Below are positions 17,930 to 27,812 of a DNA stretch of 64,000 nucleotides, piece by piece. A model generated the notes under the pieces. It was not told where the DNA came from. It ran no database searches and saw only the letters and a program-made list of their open reading frames with translations. The stretch's first letter is position 1. Each line of letters starts with the position of its first letter. Source of the stretch: a virus (Duplodnaviria; Caudoviricetes); IMG/VR virus record IMGVR_UViG_2895476258_000013, positions 11,634-75,633 of that record. One strand, 5' to 3'. The translations under genes were made by a program, and so were the position numbers.

Positions 17930-18637
17930 ATGGCCACTCCCATCGTCCGTGAGGTCCTGCAGAACTCTGTCGGCGGCGGCCCTGTGACCGTCGTCACTGG
18001 CGTTGGCACCCAGGTCGACGACGTCCTGTGCACGATTCACGGCTGCGACTACGGCACCCTCGCCGGGATGACCACCCCGACCGGCACGTCGGGTACGTGG
18101 GCTGAGGATGCCTTCGCCGACCTGGGCGTCAACACGATCCACCTGAAACTGTGGACCAGGCCGGTCACCGTGAGCGGGCCGCAAACGGTCACTGTGCCCG
18201 ACCAGGGTTTCGGCGAGGAAAACTTTCAGTTCACCTACGTTGTGGCGGGCGTGGCAGCCGTTGGTGGCATCGACGGAGCGGCAGGCGCGACGGATGGAGC
18301 GGGAACCAGCGCCACCGCGCCGTCCGTCCCCCCAACCGGCACAGATGATCTGTTGATCGCTGCCTGGTTCAGCGCCAACAATGTCGTGAACTTCTCCTTC
18401 CCCGCGGGGATGACGAACGGCCTCGAGGAGGAGACGGCCGGTTTCGTCACCCTCGCCACGGCCCGCGAGGTGTTGACCGCGAGCGGCGCGACTGGAACCC
18501 GCGTGGCCACGGCCAGCGTCTCCTGCTCGGGTTTCACCGGGGTTTCCATCGCGCTCAAAGGTGCGGCCACTGCGGCCGGCGCAGGCCCTCCACTCTCTCC
18601 GTATGCGGGCGCCCGTAGGCGTCTACTTGTCCGTTAG
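17930..18637 (+). CDS. Putative virion beta-sandwich protein
   Basis: T/G/A/V-rich, DLLIAAW motif, Arg-rich tail. Confidence 0.6.
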   Translation: MATPIVREVLQNSVGGGPVTVVTGVGTQVDDVLCTIHGCDYGTLAGMTTPTGTSGTWAEDAFADLGVNTIHLKLWTRPVTVSGPQTVTVPDQGFGEENFQFTYVVAGVAAVGGIDGAAGATDGAGTSATAPSVPPTGTDDLLIAAWFSANNVVNFSFPAGMTNGLEEETAGFVTLATAREVLTASGATGTRVATASVSCSGFTGVSIALKGAATAAGAGPPLSPYAGARRRLLVR

Positions 18638-18660
18638 CGCTCGTCATTTAGGGGTTCGTC

Positions 18661-19317
18661 ATGGCTGTGACCGTATTCGTGTACGGCAAGCTGCAGCAGA
18701 GCTTGTTCGAGGGCAGGATCAACTTCGGCACCGACACGATCAAGGCGATGCTGCTGAGCAGCTACACGGTCGGCGCCACGCAGGACACCGCCCAGTTCCT
18801 TTCGGACGTTGTGACTGGCGGCGTCGGAGTGGAGACCACCGGGTCGGGTTACACGGCTGGTGGTGCCACGTTGGCATCCAAGACGGTCACCTACACTGCG
18901 GCGAACTCCTGGTCCGTGCAGCGCGCCAACAGCACGGCTTACGCGGTCGGCGACGTGGTGCGCCCTGTGTCGGCGAACGGCTTCGTGTACCAAGCCGTGG
19001 TGGCCGGCACTAGCGGCGGCACTCTTCCGACCTACACCACCACCGTGGGCGATGACTTCACCGACGGCACCGTCACGTGGGTGTGCGCGGGCCGGGGCGC
19101 CCTGGTCGTGGACGCTGCGGATCCGTCGTGGACCACCGTCAACCCGGGAACCCTGTCCGCGTCGCACGTCCTGTTCTACAAGGACACTGGCACCCCCTCG
19201 ACGTCGCCGGTGATGCTGTACTGGGATCTCGGCGGCACCCAGACCGCCAGCAACGGCGGCGCTTTCACACCGCAGCTCGACTCCACCGAGGGCCTCGTCG
19301 TCTCGTTCACGAGCTGA
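18661..19317 (+). CDS. Putative virion protein with inserted carbohydrate-binding-like module
   Basis: INFGTDTIKAMLL...GYTAGGATL core; W..STAYAVGDVV...GTVTWVC insert. Confidence 0.65.
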   Translation: MAVTVFVYGKLQQSLFEGRINFGTDTIKAMLLSSYTVGATQDTAQFLSDVVTGGVGVETTGSGYTAGGATLASKTVTYTAANSWSVQRANSTAYAVGDVVRPVSANGFVYQAVVAGTSGGTLPTYTTTVGDDFTDGTVTWVCAGRGALVVDAADPSWTTVNPGTLSASHVLFYKDTGTPSTSPVMLYWDLGGTQTASNGGAFTPQLDSTEGLVVSFTS

Positions 19318-19323
19318 GCTGAT

Positions 19324-20340
19324 GTGAGCCGCGTCCTCGTCACGCGGGTCGCCCGCCCGTCAGATGCCGAGGCGATTGCCGCACTCCTTGCGGGCCGCGG
19401 CGGGCGGCTGGTGCTGCAACCGGGCACCGGGACGTTCGGAGCGTTCCCGGACGCCACCAACACCGGGTACACGGCGTGGCCCAGCTACACCGGCAGCCTC
19501 ACCACCTACAGCGGCGCCGACCCGATCCCGATTGGGCAGTCGGGCGCCACCTTCGAGGGGCTGCGGTTCGACGGTGGGGTGGCCATCGGCACCGCCGGAT
19601 CCAGGCCCACGGGCGTCACCTTCCGGGGCTGCTTGTTCGAAAGCACCGCGCCGAATTTCATGAACGTCCAGGACTACGGGACCGGGACGACGTTCGAGTA
19701 CTGCACGTTCCGCCCGGCTGCCGTGTCGTCGCCGCCAGTGAGTTTTGCCCAGAGCTTCCAGTTCGGGATCAACCACAGTGGTGTCGGGCTCGTCGCCCGC
19801 CGGTGCGAATTCTGGGGCTTCGGCAACGCCATTCAGTTGGACGCCTCATCGACCGCGGCGAACCCCGTGACTGTCGAGTACTGCTACATGCACGACGCGG
19901 CTGACCAGGCGAACGACACCTATCACCACGACGGCATCCTGAGCAGCAACGGCGGCCCGAACGTCAGCCACATCACGATCCGCGGTAACACGATCGTCAG
20001 CGGGGGCAACACCAACGCGATCGCGTTGCAAGTGGATCCGGGTAGCCCCGCGTATTACTCGAACATCACGGCTGTCGGGAACCTCCTGGGCGGGTTCGGG
20101 GCGACCGTCAACATCGGCGGCAACGGCACCGGCAACACCAACGTGATCTTCACGGACAACACCTTTACGACCTTGATCGAGCCACTGTTTTTCCCTCTGT
20201 ACGGCTGGTCGGACGGGTCGGGCAACCTGTGGCGGCGCAACCGCTGGTACGTGCCGCCCGGCGCGGAGTACGGCAGCCCTGCCGACAGCGGCAAGTTCTG
20301 GACGCCGAGCGGCGTAAGCACCACCGACTGGACCGGCTGA
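19324..20340 (+). CDS. Right-handed beta-helix (pectin-lyase-like) protein, possible depolymerase/adhesin
   Basis: Repeating VT.(R/E).C.F / I.GNTI / TAVGNLL / FTDNTF pattern; YCYMHD...HHDGI. Confidence 0.7.
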   Translation: MSRVLVTRVARPSDAEAIAALLAGRGGRLVLQPGTGTFGAFPDATNTGYTAWPSYTGSLTTYSGADPIPIGQSGATFEGLRFDGGVAIGTAGSRPTGVTFRGCLFESTAPNFMNVQDYGTGTTFEYCTFRPAAVSSPPVSFAQSFQFGINHSGVGLVARRCEFWGFGNAIQLDASSTAANPVTVEYCYMHDAADQANDTYHHDGILSSNGGPNVSHITIRGNTIVSGGNTNAIALQVDPGSPAYYSNITAVGNLLGGFGATVNIGGNGTGNTNVIFTDNTFTTLIEPLFFPLYGWSDGSGNLWRRNRWYVPPGAEYGSPADSGKFWTPSGVSTTDWTG

Positions 20341-20365
20341 AGCCCGGCGGAGCGGAGAGATAACT

Positions 20366-20857
20366 GTGATCCAGTTCCGGGTCTACACCGTCAGTTTCAC
20401 GGCCTCCGCTCAGGGTGGGGCGGTGGACTGGTTCGAGCTGGTCGCGCCGTCCTCGTGCGGCCTGTCGATCTTCTATCTGGACATCGGCCAGTCCACGGAC
20501 TACGGCGATACGCAGGACGAGGGCATCCGTTACTACATCAAGCGGGCGTCCGGCGCCTACACCAGCGGTAGTGGCGGCAACACCGGTGTGGCCCGGGTCC
20601 CGGTCCGTTCCGGGGACGTGTCTGCCACCTTCACGGCGGAGACGCTGAACACGACGCAGGCCGCCGCAGGGTCGGGCGCTCTCGCCACGGTTCACCAGTC
20701 CACGTTCAACGTCCGTGTCGGGCTGGACAAGCTGTGGACCCCGGAGACGGCGATCTCGTGCAAGGCGTCGGAGGCGCTCGTCGTGGGCATGAGTGCGGCG
20801 CCGACGGATGCGGTGACCTGGGAGGGCACCGCGTACGTAGCCGAGATCATGGGCTGA
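20366..20857 (+). CDS. Putative virion protein
   Basis: RBS GGAG; beta-rich; in structural-like block. Confidence 0.6.
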   Translation: MIQFRVYTVSFTASAQGGAVDWFELVAPSSCGLSIFYLDIGQSTDYGDTQDEGIRYYIKRASGAYTSGSGGNTGVARVPVRSGDVSATFTAETLNTTQAAAGSGALATVHQSTFNVRVGLDKLWTPETAISCKASEALVVGMSAAPTDAVTWEGTAYVAEIMG

Positions 20858-20861
20858 TCCA

Positions 20862-22115
20862 ATGGGCCGGGCGATCTTCCGGCGTCGCTGGCGGGATCGT
20901 CCGCGTCCTCGCCGGAGAGTCCCCACCGCCGCCGCGGCACCAACCAGCGTCACTCAGCAGGGCGGCGCGGCAGCTGTACGGCTGCGCGCGTCCGCAGGCT
21001 CGGTCTCCGTCACCGACATCCTGCCCGCCAGCAACGTCGCCGCCATCAGACTCAGGGCATCCGCCGGGGCAGTACTTGCCGTTCAGGCCTCACCCGTGTC
21101 CGGCCGCGGCGGCAGCCTCATGCTCCGTGCCGGTCTGGGCGCAGCCCAGACCGCCCTGGTTGCAGCTCACGCAGGCGAGGCAGGCTCGGTCCGCCTGCGC
21201 CCAAGCGCGGCCGACATCACCGCTGTGCAGGCATCCCCTGTGTCGGGCAGGGCAGGGGCGATCCTGCTCCGCGCGTCCACGGGGACGCTCACCGCCGTCA
21301 GGGCTGTCGCAGAGCAGGGGCCCCCCGGTTCCCTCCGCATGCGGGCTGGCTCCGGCGAGTTCACCTCCGCAGCCAACGTCACACTCACCAGCGGCGCCGG
21401 CGCACTTCGACTCCACGCGTCCGCAGGGCAGACCGAAGCCGTTCAGATCGCGGCTACGGCTGGTTCGGCCGGCTCGGTCCGTCTGCGCGCGAGCAGCGGC
21501 ACCGTGTCCACCGGGGCCGTCCACGTCAGCGTCGGCACGACAGGCGTGATCGCTGTGCGGGCCGGATCTGCCGCCCTGTCCACGGTGCGGCAAGCGCCCG
21601 TCCAGGGCGCGGCGGGTGCTGTCGCGATGCGGGCGTCGACGGGTGCGGCTCAAGCTGTTCAACAGCAGACCCTCGCAGGGGCTGCTGCCGCACTACACCT
21701 GTCCGGCCAAACAGGCGCCGTGGTGCTGGGCGGCGGCTCATCCGCACCAGCGGGCGCGAGCGGGCATCTCCACATCGCAGGCGCCGCCGGCACGGTGACA
21801 CCCGTCCAACACGCCTACAGCGCCGCAAGGGCGGCACTCCTGCGGTTGTCTCCCGGATCCGCGACGGTCCTGGTCGACGAAGGTGACAACGTCTACCTGA
21901 TCGGCGACGCCGGCGTCCTCCGGATCACCGCAGCCTCGGCCGCGGTCACGAACGTCCAGCATCCCGCCCCAAGCGGCAGGGCCGGCAAGCTCCTGCTCGC
22001 CGGTGCGGTTGGGGGCGCTGCGGTGGTGGACGGTTCTCTCGACATCGACGGTGTCGTCTCCGCCCCCTATGTCAGGTGGCGTGTGGGCGCACCGACTCTG
22101 CGCGTGGGAGTGTGA
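20862..22115 (+). CDS. Fibre-like protein with ~24-aa G-x-AG-x-LRLRAS-x-G repeats
   Basis: About 15 imperfect repeats visible in translation. Confidence 0.7.
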   Translation: MGRAIFRRRWRDRPRPRRRVPTAAAAPTSVTQQGGAAAVRLRASAGSVSVTDILPASNVAAIRLRASAGAVLAVQASPVSGRGGSLMLRAGLGAAQTALVAAHAGEAGSVRLRPSAADITAVQASPVSGRAGAILLRASTGTLTAVRAVAEQGPPGSLRMRAGSGEFTSAANVTLTSGAGALRLHASAGQTEAVQIAATAGSAGSVRLRASSGTVSTGAVHVSVGTTGVIAVRAGSAALSTVRQAPVQGAAGAVAMRASTGAAQAVQQQTLAGAAAALHLSGQTGAVVLGGGSSAPAGASGHLHIAGAAGTVTPVQHAYSAARAALLRLSPGSATVLVDEGDNVYLIGDAGVLRITAASAAVTNVQHPAPSGRAGKLLLAGAVGGAAVVDGSLDIDGVVSAPYVRWRVGAPTLRVGV

Positions 22116-22394
22116 ATGGTCATCGTCCCCGCCTCCAGTAAGGAATTCCTGCACATTCCCGTCGCGGACGGCTCGGCCGGCATCCCTGGGGAGATCGCCG
22201 TGATCGCTTCCTGTAACGAGCCGGCCGAATCCGACTGGAAGACCGCTACCTGGGACAGCGGAAACTACAAGGTGCTGATCGGCCCTGCGACCAGCCTTCC
22301 GCTGACGGTCGGCACGTACACGGCGTGGGTTCGGCTGACCGCTGCTCCCGAAGTCATCGTCCGCCGCTCTGGTCCGGTCCGGGTGGGTGCCTGA
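22116..22394 (+). CDS. Small adaptor-like protein (paralog of 24098..24385)
   Basis: SDWKTATWD...GP...GTYTAWVRLTAAPE. Confidence 0.7.
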   Translation: MVIVPASSKEFLHIPVADGSAGIPGEIAVIASCNEPAESDWKTATWDSGNYKVLIGPATSLPLTVGTYTAWVRLTAAPEVIVRRSGPVRVGA

Positions 22395-22912
22395 TGGCCA
22401 TAGTGGAGCTGTACTTCGCCCCCGAAGAGCCGTCATTCCTGCCCGCCGCCGGATACCCCCAATACCTCAACACTCCCGGCTCCACGTTCGGGCTGACCGG
22501 ACTCGCCTACGACGGTGTAGGCGCAAGCGTCGAAGAGGCCGCCTGGAAGTTCAACCCGGCCAAATACGGGTCAGGCGCGATCACCGTCGACATCATCTGG
22601 TACGGGCTCGGCGCCACCAGCGGCGCCGTCGTCTGGGGAGCCGGACTCGCCGCGATCACCCCGAACACCGACACACAGGATCCGACCACGAAAACGTTCG
22701 CGGCCAGCGGGAGCGTCACCACCTCGCACCTGGGCACGACGGCGAAGCGGCTGCACAAGTCGACGATCACATTGTCGGGTGCGAGCCTGGACAGCATCGC
22801 GGCCGGCGACGAAGCGTGGCTGCGAGTCTTCCGCACACCTGGCGCGGCCGGCGACACGCTGGCAGCGGACGCGGTCGTCACCTCGGTCCGTCTCTCCTAC
22901 AGCGACACGTAG
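22394..22912 (+). CDS. Putative virion beta-sandwich protein
   Basis: ATG overlaps upstream stop; T/G/A-rich. Confidence 0.6.
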   Translation: MAIVELYFAPEEPSFLPAAGYPQYLNTPGSTFGLTGLAYDGVGASVEEAAWKFNPAKYGSGAITVDIIWYGLGATSGAVVWGAGLAAITPNTDTQDPTTKTFAASGSVTTSHLGTTAKRLHKSTITLSGASLDSIAAGDEAWLRVFRTPGAAGDTLAADAVVTSVRLSYSDT

Positions 22913-22920
22913 GAGGCGGC

Positions 22921-24087
22921 GTGGCGGTCCGCTTCGACGCCGACGGCGAGAGTTACACCAGATCGACCGGGCTGGGCGCGGTCACGGTCTTCTCGTTCGC
23001 CTGCTGGGTCAAACTGGCCGTCGACCGCGCGACCACTACGGTCATCCTGCAGATCGACAACGGCTCAGGGGCGAACAGGCTGAGGCTGAACGCCTGGAAC
23101 GGCACCGCCTTGACGTTCCAGTCGGATGGCGGCGGCTGGTTCGGCACCATCGGCCACACGCTGGTCGTCGGCGAATGGACATACGTCGCGCTCAGCGCCA
23201 CATCCAACCCCGGCCAAGCCCGCACCGCCATACGAGCCGCCGGCTCCACCACATTCGCCGGCGGATCCCCCAGCCAGGCCAACATCACCGTCAACGCCGC
23301 GACCCTGCGCATCGGCGACGGGCAGGCCGCCTCCGAGTGGCTCAACGGGTCCATCGCCGCCGTCAAAGTGTGGGACCAGGAACTCACCGCCGACGAGCTG
23401 CAGCAGGAATCCTGGACGTACATGCCGCAGCGGACCGCCGGGCTGCGCGGCTGGTATCCCCTGCTCACCAACACCACCACGGACCTCAGCGGCTCAGGCC
23501 AAACCCTGACCGGCGGCACTGACGCAGCTCTCGATGACGGGCCGCCGATCTCGTGGCGGACGGGCCGCCACAGGACCGTTTTCCCCGCCAGCGGCGTCTC
23601 GGGGACTCTGGCGGGCGTCCTCCCGGCGCTGACCGCGACTTCGTCCGGCATCGTTGAGACGTCCGGGACGCTCGCCGGCGCTCTGCCTGCCCTGACGGCA
23701 AACGCAGCCGGCGTTGTTGAGTCCGCGGGTGCCCTGGATGCCACACTCCCGGCACTCACAGCATCCCTGACGGGCGAGTCGGACATGCCCGCCGGTGAAC
23801 TCCTGGCGACGCTACCGGCACTGTCGGCGTCCCTCACAGGCGACGTCACCGTTACCGGGACGCTCGACGCCGCTCTGCCCGCGCTGACCGGCGGCTTCAC
23901 CGACGTCAAAACGGGCGACTTCGACTTCATCGCGGCAGGCCTGAGCCGCGGCTGGACCAGCCCGGCCCTCGACCCAGCCTGGGCAGGGCTCGACGTCGCA
24001 GCCGCGTGGGCCGCCCGCGACATCACCCGCGGGTGGACAGAAGACGACACCAGCCGCGAATGGACCGCACGCACGCCCACCCTGTGA
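22921..24087 (+). CDS. LamG/concanavalin-A-like domain protein with C-terminal GxLxxxLPAL repeats
   Basis: FSFACWVKL...GEWTYVAL...LRIG...WLNGSIAAVKVWDQELTADE; five LPAL repeats. Confidence 0.8.
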   Translation: MAVRFDADGESYTRSTGLGAVTVFSFACWVKLAVDRATTTVILQIDNGSGANRLRLNAWNGTALTFQSDGGGWFGTIGHTLVVGEWTYVALSATSNPGQARTAIRAAGSTTFAGGSPSQANITVNAATLRIGDGQAASEWLNGSIAAVKVWDQELTADELQQESWTYMPQRTAGLRGWYPLLTNTTTDLSGSGQTLTGGTDAALDDGPPISWRTGRHRTVFPASGVSGTLAGVLPALTATSSGIVETSGTLAGALPALTANAAGVVESAGALDATLPALTASLTGESDMPAGELLATLPALSASLTGDVTVTGTLDAALPALTGGFTDVKTGDFDFIAAGLSRGWTSPALDPAWAGLDVAAAWAARDITRGWTEDDTSREWTARTPTL

Positions 24088-24097
24088 GGAGGCGAGG

Positions 24098-24385
24098 ATG
24101 CCGCTGCAGATGCCGAGCCTCTCCCTGGAGTACGTACACGCCACCATCGACGGACCGCCGAACAAGACGTCGTTCGCCGTCGAGATGGCGATCCTCCCCG
24201 AAGGCCAAGACCCCGGAGTCAGCGACTGGGAAACCGCGGCATGGGATGGCGACGATGTCATCTGCCTCGTCGGTCCCGGCGGTCTGATCGCGCTGACGAA
24301 GGGCGTCCAGTACGAGGTGTGGGTGCGCATCACCGCCTCGCCGGAGATCCCCGTCCTCCGCCCCGGATTCATCCACGCCACTTAA
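24098..24385 (+). CDS. Small adaptor-like protein (paralog of 22116..22394)
   Basis: SDWETAAWD...GP...QYEVWVRITASPE. Confidence 0.7.
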   Translation: MPLQMPSLSLEYVHATIDGPPNKTSFAVEMAILPEGQDPGVSDWETAAWDGDDVICLVGPGGLIALTKGVQYEVWVRITASPEIPVLRPGFIHAT

Positions 24386-24425
24386 GGACCCCGCGCATGC
24401 CCAGCTCAGACCCGCGCAGGCAGCC

Positions 24426-25109
24426 ATGAACGATCTCCTCGTGATCGTCCCGAGCCGTGGCCGCCCCCACAACATCGCTGACCTGTATGTCGCGTGGAGC
24501 GAGACCGCACACAGAGACGCCGGCCTGCTGGTCGCGGTCGATGACGACGACCCGGCCCTGCCCGAATATCAGCGGGTGTGCTCCCTGATCGGTGTCGAGT
24601 TGGAGGTCGGCCCGAGGCTCCGTCTCACGGGCACGCTCAACAAGGTCGCCACCGAACGGGCTCCACATCACAAGGCGATCGCGTTCATGGGCGACGACCA
24701 CCGCCCCCGCACCATTGGCTGGGACACGCAACTCCTGGCCGAGCTGAACCGGCTCGGCACCGGGATCGTCTACGGCAATGACCTGCTGCAGGGCGAGAAG
24801 ATGGCGACCGCCGTCGCCATAACATCCGACATCGTGGCAGCGCTCGGCTACATGGCCCCACCCTCGATGGTGCACCTCTGCCTCGACCTGGTGTGGGTGG
24901 AATGGGGGCGGTCGATCGCCCGGCTCACCTACCTGCCGGGCACGGTCATCGAGCACATGCACCCAGCCGCCGGCAAAGCCGCCAACGACGCCGGTTATGA
25001 GGAAGCCAACAGCCCTCACCAGACCGCCGCCGACCATGCTGCCTACCACGCGTACAGGAACGGCCCGCAGTTCGCTGCGGACGTGGAGAAGCTGAAGGCG
25101 CTCCTATGA
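24426..25109 (+). CDS. GT-A fold (GT2-like) glycosyltransferase
   Basis: LLVIVPSRGRP N-terminus, VAVDDDD, FMGDD motif. Confidence 0.82.
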   Translation: MNDLLVIVPSRGRPHNIADLYVAWSETAHRDAGLLVAVDDDDPALPEYQRVCSLIGVELEVGPRLRLTGTLNKVATERAPHHKAIAFMGDDHRPRTIGWDTQLLAELNRLGTGIVYGNDLLQGEKMATAVAITSDIVAALGYMAPPSMVHLCLDLVWVEWGRSIARLTYLPGTVIEHMHPAAGKAANDAGYEEANSPHQTAADHAAYHAYRNGPQFAADVEKLKALL

Positions 25110-25660
25110 GAGTCCGCCTCCGCCCCGCGCACACCCGGGAACGGCTCGCCAAGATCTACGCCAAGCCTCACGACCACACCCAGTGGATCGACCACCACCT
25201 GCGAGTCGGAGTCACGGTCGAGTTCGCCCGCTGGTTCCTCGCCTGCGGTGTCCAAACCGTCGCTGACCTGTCCTGCGGGGACGCGACGATTGCCCGCGCC
25301 CTTGGCCTCAACGAGGAGAGCCTGTTCCTTGGCGACTTCGCGCCCGGCTACAAGCTGACCGGCCCTATCGAGGACACCGTCCACCAGATCCGCAACGTGG
25401 ACCTGTTCATCTGCTCCGAAACGCTCGAGCACCTCGACAACCCCGACACGGTCCTCAAAGAGATCAGGGCGAAGACTCGCTACCTGGTGCTGTCCACGCC
25501 CGAGGGCGAGACCAGCACCGGCAACCCCGAGCACTACTGGGGCTGGGACTCGGCAGAGGTCGAACGCATGCTCACCGCCGCCGGCTTCACCCCGGAGATT
25601 CACACCGTGCTCGGGCTGCGCGAGTACGGCTACGACTTCCAGATCTGGGGATGCCGGTGA
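25106..25660 (+). CDS. Class I SAM-dependent methyltransferase
   Basis: VADLSCGDA motif I; DLFICSETLEHLDNP. Confidence 0.8.
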   Translation: MRVRLRPAHTRERLAKIYAKPHDHTQWIDHHLRVGVTVEFARWFLACGVQTVADLSCGDATIARALGLNEESLFLGDFAPGYKLTGPIEDTVHQIRNVDLFICSETLEHLDNPDTVLKEIRAKTRYLVLSTPEGETSTGNPEHYWGWDSAEVERMLTAAGFTPEIHTVLGLREYGYDFQIWGCR

Positions 25661-26232
25661 CCGAATGGCGGCTGTTCGAAAGCGACAGCCCCGCAGTGGC
25701 TACGTTCGCCTTCCACGAGCACAGGCCCCGGGCCGCGCACCTCGAACAGTCCGACCACCACGCCCGACTGCACACCACAGCACAACTCATCCGGGACCTC
25801 GCGCCAGCCAGCGTGGTGGACCTCGGCTGCGGCGACGGTGGTCTCCTCAGCCTGATCAAAGACATCCCGTCGTGGGGCTATGACTTCCACCCTGCCAGCG
25901 CCCAAGGCTGGGCCGAACGCGGCGTCACCGCCGAACACCGAGACGTGTTCGGCGCCCGCGACGTCCCCAAGTGGGGTCAGGTCGCGGTGATGACCGAAGT
26001 GCTCGAACATCTCGCAGACCCGCACGGGACCGTCGAATGGGTCAGCCGCCACGCCGAATGGGTCGTCGCCTCCTCACCCAAGGACGAGACCGGCGACAGG
26101 CACGGCGACTGCCACGCGTGGGCTTGGGACATCGACGGCTACCGAGCTCTGTTCGAACCCCACTACCAGGTGACCAGCCACACCACAGTCGACTGGTCTC
26201 AGATCATCGTGGGACGGAGCCGGCGCACGTGA
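25657..26232 (+). CDS. Class I SAM-dependent methyltransferase
   Basis: VVDLGCGDGGL; TEVLEHLADP. Confidence 0.85.
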   Translation: MTEWRLFESDSPAVATFAFHEHRPRAAHLEQSDHHARLHTTAQLIRDLAPASVVDLGCGDGGLLSLIKDIPSWGYDFHPASAQGWAERGVTAEHRDVFGARDVPKWGQVAVMTEVLEHLADPHGTVEWVSRHAEWVVASSPKDETGDRHGDCHAWAWDIDGYRALFEPHYQVTSHTTVDWSQIIVGRSRRT

Positions 26233-27110
26233 AGGTCCTCATCACCGGTTCGTCGGGGTTCGTTGGCCGGCACTTCGTCCGAGCGTTGGACGGCCACGAC
26301 CTTCACCTGGTGGACGTGGCCGCAGGGACGGACGCCCGGGATTTCTTCCGCCTGAACCACACCCGGTTCGACCTCGTCATCCACCTTGCCGCAGTGGTGG
26401 GCGGGCGAGCCCAGATTGAGGGCGCTCCGCTATCCCTCGCGGTGGATCTGGCGATCGACGCCGACATGTTCGCGTGGGCTTGGCGCACCCGTCCGTACCG
26501 AATCGTCTACTTCTCCTCGTCAGCCGCGTACCCGATCGACCTGCAGAACGACCTGTCTCGCCCGTATCGGCTACACGAGTCGGATCTGAAACTGACGGGC
26601 AACATCGGCAACCCGGACATGACGTACGGGTGGGCGAAACTCACCGGCGAGCAGCTCGCCCAGCACGCCGAGAACGAAGGGCTGCGCGTCCACGTGTTCA
26701 GGCCGTTCTCCGGCTTTGGCGAAGACCAGGACCTGGCGTATCCGTTCCCGTCGTTCATCCGCCGCGCCGCCACCAGGCAGGACCCGTTCACCGTATGGGG
26801 CGACGGCGAACAAGTCAGAGACTGGGTTCACATCGACGACATCGTGAACGCGACGCTGACAGCGGTGGAGGAGGACGTGCCCGGACCGGTCAACCTGTGC
26901 ACCGGCCGGGACACCTCATTCAACGAGCTGGCCGCCCTCGTGTGCGAGCAGGCCGGGTACAAGCCCGAGTTGCGTCACATCCTGGACGCCCCTCAAGGGG
27001 TTGCCTACCGCGTTGGGGACCCGACCAAGCTCAACAGCTTCTACACGCCGAAGGTCGCTCTGGAAGACGGCATAGCCAGCGCTCTGGCCGCCACACGGGG
27101 GAGGGCGTAG
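26229..27110 (+). CDS. NAD-dependent nucleotide-sugar epimerase/dehydratase (extended SDR)
   Basis: ITGSSGFVG, SSSAAY, YGWAK, QVRDWVHIDD. Confidence 0.92.
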   Translation: MKVLITGSSGFVGRHFVRALDGHDLHLVDVAAGTDARDFFRLNHTRFDLVIHLAAVVGGRAQIEGAPLSLAVDLAIDADMFAWAWRTRPYRIVYFSSSAAYPIDLQNDLSRPYRLHESDLKLTGNIGNPDMTYGWAKLTGEQLAQHAENEGLRVHVFRPFSGFGEDQDLAYPFPSFIRRAATRQDPFTVWGDGEQVRDWVHIDDIVNATLTAVEEDVPGPVNLCTGRDTSFNELAALVCEQAGYKPELRHILDAPQGVAYRVGDPTKLNSFYTPKVALEDGIASALAATRGRA

Positions 27111-27475
27111 TGGCTGCACAGCAGTGGAGACACGGCTGGATCCCGCTCACGCCGACAGCCGCCCGGGAGAAGAACCATGGCACGACGCCAGGCCCCGGCA
27201 GCAAGCTCGGTAAGTCCCTCGCCCGCAGCCGAGAGACGTCGCAGGCGATGGACACGGAGATCCGCCGCGCCGCCCGCAGCAGGAACAAGACCGTTCAGCC
27301 TGACCGGCCCGAACCCGCTGACGACGTGGCCGAGGCGACGAAGGCCATCAAGAGCGGTGACCACGCCCGCGCGGTGAACCTCCTCACCCGGGCGATGAAC
27401 AACGCCAAGGGCGCAGACAAGAAGGCGATCAAGGCGAAGCGGGACGAACTCGCCCGCCGCCTGATGGGCCGATAG
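27110..27475 (+). CDS. Basic hypothetical protein
   Basis: GTG overlapping upstream stop; WRHGWIPL N-terminus. Confidence 0.6.
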   Translation: MAAQQWRHGWIPLTPTAAREKNHGTTPGPGSKLGKSLARSRETSQAMDTEIRRAARSRNKTVQPDRPEPADDVAEATKAIKSGDHARAVNLLTRAMNNAKGADKKAIKAKRDELARRLMGR

Positions 27476-27478
27476 GCC

Positions 27479-27706
27479 GTGGCCAACGCAAGGCTCGCCC
27501 ACGTTGGCGACCCCGACAGCTTGCGCCGCGTTCTGGCCGAGATCCGCGCTGCCTACCAAGGCGATCCAGAAGCGGCTCACAGCCTCGAAGACGACACGAT
27601 GCGCCACGTACTCCGGCTCACCGCCGAAGGACACCCACAAGCCCGTCAGCTCGCCACAGAGATGCTGACGATCGCCGACTTGGACCTCAAGCGCTGGTGC
27701 GCCTGA
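27479..27706 (+). CDS. Hypothetical phage protein
   Basis: 75-aa ORF ending KRWCA. Confidence 0.6.
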   Translation: MANARLAHVGDPDSLRRVLAEIRAAYQGDPEAAHSLEDDTMRHVLRLTAEGHPQARQLATEMLTIADLDLKRWCA

Positions 27707-27812
27707 ACGTCCACGGCTGACCCCAGAAGATCCTCCAGGTAGCTCCTGGAGGCCAGAGAGCCCGGCGTCCTCATGCGCCGGGCTCTCGCCACACCATGAG
27801 GAGATCAACCAG

